64,000 bases of DNA from Tubiluchus corallicola. Taxonomy: Eukaryota > Animalia > Priapulida. The position numbers were made by a program, and so were the translations under genes. Numbering within the stretch: the stretch's first letter is position 1; each line of letters opens with the position of its first letter. A model generated the notes under the pieces. The model saw only the letters and a program-made list of their open reading frames with translations, searched no databases and was not told where the DNA came from. Location: the NCBI GenBank assembly GCA_030141605.1, contig JAQGDQ010000456.1, positions 88,672 to 152,671 of the forward strand. The letters are read 5' to 3'. Positions 11,001 through 23,000 of the stretch are shown here, piece after piece.

Positions 11001-14000
11001 TGGAATATGTTTTGAGAAACATTTTGTGATACTGCAGGCATCTGAGTAATATATGTATGTGATTTAGCTATGTATCACCCTTCCTAAAAACCACTACTCA
11101 CTTTTCCTGAGTAATACACCCTCATGCAGCATCTACTCAACATGCTATGCATTTCATAATAACATGCCAAGTAGTTTTGTAATAAATACTGCGACTAGAA
11201 TTTACGAACATCACAAAACATGTATCTTTGTGTTGTTTTTTGTATTTGAGACAACAAATTTAGCTACAATACTAGTTGGAATAACTGGTAACTGTAAGGT
11301 CTTTGAACCACCCCCTCATAATGAGCAAATTTGGTGCGTTTGGAAACTAGCTTGGGCTTCGTCATGGGCCATTCTTGATAAGAGGGGTGAACAATACGGA
11401 TTTTACGGCGTGTTGAACGTGAAACACAAGAACGGGACAGTCTGTGTAACGATTGCTAACCACGTTTAGTGCTGTTAGGAAGTACACACAATGGTTCACG
11501 ATGTTGTTAACAAATGCAAGATTGAGTAAGTTATTTGCTGTTGTATCGCTACTAGGTGCCTTAATGTCAGTCGCATTGTTAAATTGCAAAACTTTTGCCG
11601 TGTTTATACGGGAACTTAAGGAACTTTCGTCTAAAAATTTCGAAAAGTTGACACCTCCAATTATGCATTGTATAAATTTTTTTGCCTTTACGTGGCATTA
11701 TCTGTCGAAAACGTTTCTGGTTTCACAACTGCCCAGTGTCCACTAGGGGAACAGCTGACGTAATGCACTTGTTAGTCCCAGAACCAAAGCTTGTACAATG
11801 CATGATGGGAAGGCAGCAGCGACACCTATCCACAGTGAAATGAAACGAAACAGCCAGATGAGTGAGCTACATGTTTTTGTGCAGCCTGCACGCTTCTGAA
11901 CTAAAGGCCATCGGGGTTTTTTTTAACGTTACATTAAATTTTTTGCAAAGTTATCAGTTTCAACGATGGCCGCCAGGTGAAAGCGTGCAGGCATGCATCA
12001 ACACCAAATTTACCACCACTTACGCGCAGTTGTAGGAGGTAGAGCCCTCTATCGTCACAGAGAAACAAGTGCCACCATTCATACAGTAGTAGAGAGCGTA
12101 CACTTCCGGACATTCACCCTGACCGTCACACTCTGGTTGTCATGGAAACCACAAAAATCGGAAGAAATTGCGTGCAAAAATAAAGGTAAGAAGAAATTCA
12201 ATTGCATAAACATCTAAACTAGAACTTGTGCAGCATGCAAAGATAATAATATGGCGGCAGAACCTTGTGGCGAGAATGCTCTTTTGTTTTTAACATTTAC
12301 GATGCCACCAAACAAAACTACAAAAATTCTCCAAAACTGGAACACGAACTCAACAAGAAATTTGCCGAAAGGTTCTGCCGCCCAACTCGTAACAGGAGTT
12401 CTCGAAGACATGCCCATAAACAGATCGTGCAGCTAGAGTGGCATCTATCCCATTTCATTACTTACACACAGTTTATGGAAATTGGACTGTTGCCTATCTG
12501 TATGGAAAAACAGCTGCCCCCGTTTAGGCAAAAATTACTATTATACGGTTCTTTGCACGACTGCGTGTGCGCAGTGATGTTTGGTCGGACCGTCGACGTC
12601 GGAGGGCGTGGCTTGGGCGTCGACCGCCGTGAACATGATTCTGTATAAACAAAATTTTACGATTAGAGCAACAAATAAACAACCAGTAAACACTATGTGG
12701 AAATGCTAGGAAGATATTGCACAGAAGCAGTAACTTACAAGCAATATGGGAAACCATTTTAGTGCGTAAAACTTGTTTAAGAAAGATTTCCACTATGAGG
12801 TTTCACTACATGCATTTGGATGGCTTCTAAGAAGCCTGTTCAAGTACCTTAAAGGAAAGGTCAAATCTTCCAGGAGGTTAGACTTATATCAATGTTCGCA
12901 AAAAATGTTATAGGAGGATTTAGTAATAAAACTGCAATAAGTGGCTTGGGTAATTAGTAAAATCACTTCAAAGTCACGATCACTTCATGCTTAGATGTTC
13001 CCATTTCCGATGCTCGTTCCTCTTCCAATGACGTCATTCTTCTTGAAGCAGTGCACTGCAAATCTTCGTCAAAAGTGCAATAAGTTTATATAAAAAATTA
13101 GAAAGCTAATTTTGTAATATTTTTGCATGAACTTTAGGTAAGCTGCAGAAGTTTGAATTAGTTTGAGCAGCTTAGGTTTACGGAGAGCCAAGCTGCACTT
13201 ACGAAAAGTGAAGAAATCTCCCAGTTACGTCATGATTTTCAAATGAATGGCTGCAACCATCAAGCCTGAAAATTTCTATTCAGAGGTGGTATATTTTAAA
13301 TTTATGCTTTATAGACAGTTTTTTACAAATTTCTTTGTTATATTCTTCCAAGTTTAAGTGATAACAGTAAAATGAACGCAGTGTACTGAGTAACTTGTTC
13401 TTTCATTTAAAATGTTTCGTGCAATAATTACCATTGCCATTACAGTTTTTGTTACACAAGCATTCTCTGCCAGAAAGCAAATTCGAATAAAATTTTTGAC
13501 TTTCGAACTTCAGTGAAACCAAACTTCAAGATTTCAAATTCCAATACAGTTTTAATGACTTTCAAATCAATTTTAGAACCATAAATAAAAAGCAGTCTGG
13601 CAAAAATCATGTATAGTGCATGACTTTATTCAAAAATGACTAATTTGTGTAAATATTATGCATGGAAAAGAGGTAAGTCTATGAGCTACATGAGGTAGTC
13701 TATGACTTGGCTGGGGCAAGTCTATGAAGTACCTGACGCAGTCTGAGGTGACGATTATACGTTTAAGGTTATTTTAAAAAACATTTTTTGTTATTTTAAA
13801 ACATATTGATCATTTTTAGTTAAAAGTGTAAATATTTAAAAGTGTAAATATTCACATAGGTAAACAAGTAAATTGTAAAAGATTATTAAACGTTGATCAG
13901 GTTCATGATGATTCCCTGGAAGAGAAAAAGATATACTGATTAAATATGTTAATGAATGCCAAGTCAAATAAGTGGCCAAAGTTGCTAATTAGTAACAAAG

Positions 14001-17000
14001 TAAATAACTGAATAATATTTTCAAGTTACTGTTAAGACGTTAACAAGTGTTTTCAAATTACCCCCTACCCCCCCCCACCCCTACAATCCTTCCCTAATGG
14101 CAAAATTCAACTGTTTTTTTGAAGAAATTTAAGCTTAAAGATGCTGTTTTCCAACGTCAGCCCATCCATTTACTAAACAGGGTAAGTATTGCTTAACTTG
14201 TGTAGCCAAGCACGTACCTTGACTACACATAGTCGAGGTTGCTGTTAAGATAAATTACATTCCCAATTAATTGCCTATAAATTGCTTCCGTTTCACCTGT
14301 TATAGACGTATGATCGTAATTATGTCTGTACCTTAATGATATTATGTTTCTATTAATTTAATCACTATTACATCATGTCTTTATTCGTAACATGGGAAGA
14401 TATACGATTCGTTCTTAGTTCTAATCTCAGTTAGTTTAGACATACTTATTTTTGCAACCTTTAGACACTGCAGGCAATAATTGGCAAACAATTGGGAATT
14501 TATGAGTTAAATTCCGTTTTGCATTGCTTGTGATAACTTCTTTTTATTCTGAATGGAATTGCATTTTTGCTTCGAGTAGATTTTTGTTGCTTTTGTTTGA
14601 TGTTATTTTTTTCTCTACATTGAATTTCATTCATTTTTTGGTTGATGTTATTCCTTGTTATGCTTTGAATTGCATTTCTGCTTTGAGTTGATTTTTGTTG
14701 CTTTTGCCTTTTATATATATACAAACACCTAAAAAATGTCATGAGCCTGTGAGTTAACTTGTATTTTTAATAAGGGGCAGCTGACCAAGTGACCAATAGG
14801 GTCTTTCGCTGCTCCTTCTCAGCTGCAATGAAATGTAAAAATAATTATGACGAATTTTAACTGCTATTGAGAAAATAACATTGAATTGAATGGAATTGCA
14901 GTGATCTTAGTTTAATCCGACCCCTTGGAACTACCTTTTTAAACTAAGATTTAAGTGCTTGAGTTCACAACCAGTTAAATTTTTAGTTTTAAAATGACAG
15001 CTGTAGAAGTTAGCTTACTGTTCAACTCTCAAAGATGTATTACGTATTGATTAAGGCAGGGTAGTACTACTAGACCCATAAATTAACCGTCCCCGGAGCG
15101 ACTGTGTCACTTACACACAATCAGCTGCTTCCGGCGAACGGAAATGACATCATACACGTGTTGTGGATCGTTAACAGAGCGTTTGGAAGATAAATGATCA
15201 GGCATTCAAGAATTCGAAATGAAACGGTTTTTCTTATTTCCTGTTAAACTGTAAAACTTATATAATGAGAATTAATGTGAAATTTCTTTACTCTAGTGCA
15301 GTTATAGATATACATATATTAATTTTATATATAATATACGTTTTAGTAATAGGATATCAACCATAAGTATTTACGTAGTTGAAAAGAAAATGTAGACTTT
15401 TCAATGACGTCAAAAACCTGGAATAAAACAATAAAATACAATTAAAACAATGACATTTCGAACAATGAGAATGCGAGTAGTAGCGAATTCATTAAGAACG
15501 ATTTACCTATTATTAAACTGCAAAAGATTGGAAATAAACTCAATCGAAGCTTCATCTCTGCAGTGACGTCACCAACAACAATGCAACACGGATTCAAAAC
15601 TCAACGGAAAATCACTGTTCTGAACAATGGAGTCTTACTGAAGCAGATACGTCCTCAACAGCAGGCTGGATTAGTGAATTTTTTTTGTAAAAGCGTATGT
15701 AACGCTTTCTCAGAACACTCCGCAAACAATGCACACGTGACTTGCACAAACTGACTAGGAACAACACCAAATTGAAATTGTGACAGCAGTGAACTCACAG
15801 CTGAAGAATATGATTCTATGTAGAAGAACAATGCTTTCCAAATACCCTATTCTTAGTGATTCCAATGTTATCAAATGCCAAGCTGTCAAATGCTCAAATG
15901 AACACTTGTTCCAAATCAAAATCTAAGGTCGTCGATGATGTCATATCACTGGGCAAAATCCCACTTCCGGTGTCTTTACTTCCGCTAGAAAATAGAGGCA
16001 ATGATATCAATTTCTGTCGAAATGTTGAAGCGAATGAAGTAACGGTTCCCTCTTGTTTTCGGGGAACCACTTCTTTATCTTCAATTGTATACTAACAGTC
16101 ATCAAACGTTTAGCTTTAAATCTTTTGCTCAATCAGGTCTGATACCAACTCTTTGCCTCTTTTTCCTCAAGTGTAAACGTATGAGCACTTCCAGTCAGCA
16201 GCATCACCGTTTTGACGTCTGTGAGAGTAGTCCAGACGATGTAAAAACCACATCCTGTCTCAGACGGGAAATTAAAGCGGACATTGGTCGCGCACTGGCG
16301 CTACAATCGCAGCGCCAGACAGAGCATAAGACCTCTCTCAGGTGGACATAAAGCTGTCTTTCTCTAATAAACAGCAACTTTGAATTTCTCGGATAAGTTT
16401 TCTATGCTGTGTGTACGTGGAAATGGCCAGATCAGAGTGAACAAAGTAAATTGAAATGATTACATTCATTTTGTATTTGAATTTCCTTGTTTGTGTAAGT
16501 ACCAGTAAAATAATCGTAAAACTAGAACAGGACGTGTTTCATACAGAATGAAAAAATACGTGAAATGTTTTTGCGCATGCGCACAAATGAGAAGGAACAT
16601 GCGCACTAGCAGGCTACTCCTCGTGTTTGCAACGGTCGCTCATATATTTGTACATAATTGTCGTTTACCTATTAAGGAATTTCCAAACTTTTGTCATTTA
16701 TTAGCAAAATTTCCGAAAAGATTTCATTCACCGGCGGCGCGTGTGGTGTAGTGCAAGAGATAACCTGCACTAGGGACTGCTCAAAAACATAAAGCTAGTT
16801 TGACCGATCTTACTAAATTGCGGAGCACTGCAATCCTGGAATGCAATATAGGAACTAATACTGCAAGTTTAAGTAGTAATATTATGTGAAATGCAGGTGT
16901 AACACGGTACGGCTGACTTTGAACAAGAAACAAAGAACATGAATTCGTTTTTTTCTAATTAAACCATTCCGTATCCTCACAAATATGAAGTTAGAATAAG

Positions 17001-20000
17001 TATGAATCATTTTCATGAAAACGCTGCCAGGTTGTTACACGATGAAACACACGATGTCTGTCTCGAGTAACGTGCGTTCAAAGCCACACTTTCATCATGT
17101 TAAGAACTTTAGTTAAAATAAGAAAAATTCTTAAGACAATTCTCTTTTAAATCTGTGCTAAGTTCAGGGAAATTCGTCTGTCTGTCTGTCTGTTTTTCCA
17201 TCTACCTGCCTATCTGGTTATCACACTGTGTGCCGTATACATAATTAACAGCACTTTCACCACCATTACAAGATCTCTTCAGGTGAATGTAGCATCTCAC
17301 CTTCCTCGATCACAAGCAAACCCTTTTCTGTAGCATCTCACCTTCCTCGATCACAAGCAAACCCTTTTCTGTAGCATCCCACCTTCCTCCATCCCAAGCA
17401 AACCCTTTTCTGTAGCATCTCACCTTCCTCGATCACAAGCAAACCCTTTTCTGTAGCATCTCACCTTCCTCGATCACAAGCAAACCCTTTTCTGTAGCAT
17501 CTCACCTTCCTCGATCACAAGCAAACCGTATTTGAAGATATAACCTATGATATAATGAAAGTTTCTGCGGGGTTGGCTTTTAAACCAGATCGTACTAAAT
17601 TGGAATTACTTTGTGGTCTTCCACCGTTAGACATCGAACTAAATGTAATTGTGGTTAAATCATGTCTTAAGACATTATGTCAGAGCGCTGACGATTTAGT
17701 AAAACAACAGATTCTGCGGTATGGTAGTGCACGTCTGACAGGAAGACATATGTATAAAAATATTATGTACACAAATGTGCAGACTGTGAGAAACTTTTTA
17801 AAATTTGTCTGGAATGAAAACTTTCGTAATACAGATCTTGAACAAATTCCTGAAAATATGTTAATTTATACCAAACGTCAAATTACAGATTATGTTTCTT
17901 ATACCTGGGCAACTAAATATAGGCATGTTATGCAATTTCGAGGAGATAATGTTGAAATACAGAATAAAAAATGTACACCCTTAAATTTGCCGCTTGGAAA
18001 TAATGAAAGGAAAATAGAATCCATTGCCATGTCCTTTTTAACTGGTCAGGGGAATTTTAACAGCTTTTTGTATAGACTTAATATGTGTGATACTAGTTTA
18101 TGTCCACGTGGAGAAGAAGAGCAAACTCCTCAGCACATTTTATTCAGATGTAATAAAATAGATAATGCAAAAAGAATGCTGTTCATGGAAATAGCTGATG
18201 CCAATTATACACGCAATATTATGCTTCAATCTGATAAAAATTTAATAATGGCTTTCACTAACCTGATCAGGGACAATTTTATACTAAGTAACTGTTAATT
18301 TAGGCCCGCTCCAGTACAAAAAAATAAATTATGTAGTTGTGTAAAGTTAATTTGTTTGTATAATACTTGTGATTCGTTTGAAATTATATCTAATTTAAGT
18401 ATAAAATGTTATTCGTTGTACATAGTGTGAAACTGGATTTAAAAGATTTGTTATATGAAAATGTAATTTGTTGATTTGAGCCTGCAAAAAGAGGCACCTT
18501 TGTGTATATATATTCACTTCTTTAATAAAGATTTATTATTATTATTTATCACAAGCAAATCCTTTCCAGCAGCATCCCACCTTCTAACATCTTCCTCCCC
18601 CACAAGCAAACCTTTTTTCCTGCATCCAACCTTCTGACAACTTACTCTATCACACGCAAACCCTCTTTCCGGTATCCCGTCTGACAGACATTACCACCAT
18701 TGAAATTTTCCTATAAAGACAAAAAATCCCGTGAACTTGACAGATGATTGAGACATTTATATGAATCACCTAGCTAGTTACACATTAGGTCCGGCTTTGC
18801 TCAACTTTTACAGCATTTCTATTTTTTGGCACACTTTCAACCTATTCCTAAACACGTGCAGGTGTTAAGCTAACCTGTTTAATGCCCTCTGCACGTTCAA
18901 AAAATCAATGAAATTCAATATCCGTCACCTAGCTAGTTACACATTAAATCTGGCTTTGCTCAACTGTTGACAGCATTTCTATTTTTTTGGCACACTTTCA
19001 ACCTATTCCTAAACACGTGCAGGTGTTAAGCTAACCTGTTTAATGCCCTTTGCACGTTCAAAAAATCAATGAAATTCAATATCCGTCACCTAGCTAGTTA
19101 CACATTAAATCTGGCTTTGCTCAACTGTTGACAGCATTTCTAATTTTTGGGCACACTTTCAACCTATTCCTAAACACGTGCAGGTGTTAAGCTAACCTGT
19201 TTAATGCCCTCTGCACGTTCAAAAAATCAATGAAATTCAATATCCGCCACCTAGCTAGTTACACATTAAGTCTGGCTTTGCTCAACTGTTGACAGCATTT
19301 CTATTTTTTGGCACACTTTCAACCTATTCCTAAACGCGTGCAGGTGTTAAGCTAACCTGTTTAATGCCCTCTGCACGTTCAAAAAATCAATGAAATTCAA
19401 TATCCGCCACCTAGCTAGTTACACATTAAATCTGGCTTTGCTCAACTGTTGACAGCATTTCTATTTTTTTGGCACACTTTCAACCTATTCCTAAACACGT
19501 GCAGGTGTTAAGCTAACCTGTTTAATGCCCTCTGCACGTTCAAAAAATCAATGAAATTCAATATCCGTCACCTAGCTAGTTACACATTAAGTCTGGCTTT
19601 GCTCAACTGTTGACAGCATTTCTATTTTTTTGGCACACTTTCAACCTATTCCTAAACACGTGCAGGTGTTAAGCTAACCTGTTTAATGCCCTTTGCACGT
19701 TCAAAAAATCAATGAAATTCAATATCCGTCACCTAGCTAGTTACACATTAAATCTGGCTTTGCTCAACTGTTGACAGCATTTCTATTTTTTGGGCACACT
19801 TTCAACCTATTCCTAAACACGTGCAGGTGTTAAGCTAACCAGTTTAATGCCCTCTGCACGTTCAAAAAATCAATGAAACTGAATATCCGTCACCTAGCTA
19901 GTTACACATTAAGTCCAGCTTTGCTCAACTGTTGACAGCATTTGGGCACACTTTCAACCTATTCCTAAACACGTGCAGGTGTTAAGCTAACCTGTTTAAT

Positions 20001-23000
20001 GCCCTTTGCACGTTCAAAAAATCAATGAAACTCAATATCCGTCACCTAGCTAGTTACACATTAAGTCTGGCTTTGCTCAACTGTTGACAGCATTTCTATT
20101 TTTTTGGCACACTTTCAACCTATTCCTAAACGCGTGCAGGTGTTAAGCTAACCTGTTTAATGCCCTCTGCACGTTCAAAAAAATCAATGAAACTCAATAT
20201 CCGTCACCTAGCTAGTTACACATTAAGTCTGGCTTTGCTCAACTGTTGACAGCATTTCTATTTTTTGGGCAGACTTTCAACCTATTCCTAAACACGTGCA
20301 GGTGTTAAGCTAACCTGTTTAATGCCCTCTGCACGTTCAAAAAATCAATGAAACTCAATATCCGTCACCTAGCTAGTTACACATTAAGTCTGGCTTTGCT
20401 CAACTGTTGACAGCATTTCTATTTTTTGGGCACACTTTCAACCTATTCCTAAACACGTGCAGGTGTTAAGCTAACCTGTTTAATGCCCTCTGCACGTTCA
20501 AAAAATCAATGAAATTCAATATCCGTCACCTAGCTAGTTACACATTAAGTCTGGCTTTGCTCAACTGTTGACAGCATTTCTATTTTTTGGGCACACTTTC
20601 AACCTATTCCTAAACACGTGCAGGTGTTAAGCTAACCTGTTTAATGCCCTCTGCACGTTCAAAAAATCAATGAAACTGAATATCCGTCACCTAGCTAGTT
20701 ACACATTAAATCTGGCTTTGCTCAACTTTTACAGCATTTCTAATTTTCGGCACACTTTCAACCTATTCCTAAACGCGCGCAGGTGTTAAGCTAACCTGTT
20801 TAATGCCCTTTGCACGTTCAAAACATCAATGAAACTGAATATCCGTCACCTAGCTAGTTACACATTAGGTCCGGCTTTGCTCAACTGTTGACAGCATTTC
20901 TATTGTTGGACACACTTTCAACCTATTCCTAAACACGTGCAGGTGTTAAGCTAACCTGTTTAATGCCCTTTGCACGTTCAAAACATCAATGAAACTCAAT
21001 ATCCGTCACCTAGCTAGTTACACATTAAATCCAGCTTTGCTCAACTGTTGACAACATTTCTAATTTTCGGCACACTTTCAACCTATTCCTAAACGCGTGC
21101 AGGTGTTAAGCTAACCTGTTTAATGCTCTCTGCACGTTCAGAAAATCAATGAAACTCAATATCCGTCACCTAGCCTAGGCTAATACGATTAAGTTCAATC
21201 ATTTCAGCTCTCATCTTGAGTGACTTTTCAGGTGTAATCTTACCTGTAGTCTAATAATCACAGGTATAAATGAACCTGTTTGATAAAAACGAGTAAAAAT
21301 CTTGGGCGGCTTTAGTTGAAAGGTAAAAGGTATTAAATCCACCCCAGATGTGAAGTAAGCAGGTAATTAAACAGACTTCAATGAACGCCGATTTTTTTCC
21401 AGCATTCCGCCAGGTATTCTTAAAGTGGCTGCTTTTGTGATGTTAACCCCAAAGTGACAAAAAATGGGGGCAATTGATCCCCGCTACAATTTAACTCTCA
21501 AATTCTCAGCAACTCAAGAAATAAAAACGTAAAAGCGAAATAAGTAAAGACATTCTAAATTTAACTCTGTTAGCAGTTATCAAATCACTTCAATTCAATT
21601 TCAATTTATTTATCTCTTTATAGTGTTACAATAAAACATGATTAATAAAAGAATCTCTAATAAGTTTTGAAGAATGGTTAAAATGTATAGATAGATCTAG
21701 AACTAGAGAAAGGATAGCGAAAAGACAATAAAGTCACCTAGTCTGCTATCCTTTAACAAATATAGATAAAAAAGATTTTTAGACACTGGTGGGCATTAAT
21801 GTTATCAGTTTAATTTAGGAAACATTAATAATTTTAAAATTATGACATTTGCTATATAATTAAGTAATCCAGAGTAAAGAAAATACATGTATGCCACCAC
21901 GTCTTACTAATTCCGCCACTGGACACAATGTCCCGCCCCCCCCCCCGTGCTTTCCTACAAACGTATAAAACTACCCGTATTTCCTTGTATGGAAACCCTG
22001 AAGGGTTAAAGCACAAATAACGTCTCGAATGGACGATTGTAGGTGGGTCAAGAGAAGGACGCAGCTAATAGCAATACGAGGTACCTTGCATAAAAACTCG
22101 GTTTCAAACAGGAGGCGCTGTAAGCATTAAAGCTCGGTTTCAAACAGGAGGCGCTGTAAGCTTTCTACAATAAACAATTTTGCAATTCGCGCTTGAGGAA
22201 AAAACTCGAAGCACGAACACGATTTTGCAACTTGCTGAACTACAAGAGAAAGTGGTTTAAGAAAATTAAATTATCAATCAAATTATCCATTTTTAACAGT
22301 AAAAAATGATAAGTTTATTTATTATCATTAGTCTTCAATGACATGGGCTGCGGATAGAAACGGGTAGATGGGCGAGACAGCCAAGGGAAAATAGGTTATG
22401 TCCTTGTGGAGGCTGCGGATAGAAACGGGTAGATGGGCGAGACAGCCAAGGGAAAACAGGTTATGTCCTTGTGGGGACATTCAAACTGAGAAACACGTTA
22501 TACAGACATGCCCCCTAACGTCAAATATTAGAAACCGCTACGACAATGTAAACTTTGCTGATTTAACTCACTTCTTTGAGCACACTAATTGTTACATAAT
22601 ATGTTATGAAATTTTGCAACTTTTATGCTGATGTGCCTTGTATGCATACCACTGTTTTTAATGCTATAACCTTAAGTAGGAAATGTACGTAAAGTGACAA
22701 TCTGGACTAAAATCACTAATGTATCGATTGTGGCATTTACCTCGTTCCTCGTGTATACACGTAACTTGTTTTAGTCAATAAACTACATACATACATACAT
22801 TACAACCGAAACGTTGAATTACAGTACATCACTTAAATTACAAAATCTATAATTTTTAAAAGAATAAGGACCAGTGCAGGTCCATAGAGCAACAAACACT
22901 ATTACAAGATACATGGACGAAATAAATTAAAACGAATCAAAATTTAAGTTTGGAAATTAAAAAAAAAACATATGGGATTAAACTGTTTTTCAATCTCTCT

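Noticed and set aside
11250-11700. Faint resemblance to a Crypton/tyrosine-recombinase C-terminus (also 15780-16360 on the minus strand)
   Set aside because: Only two- to four-residue matches across frameshifts; cannot be supported without an HMM search.
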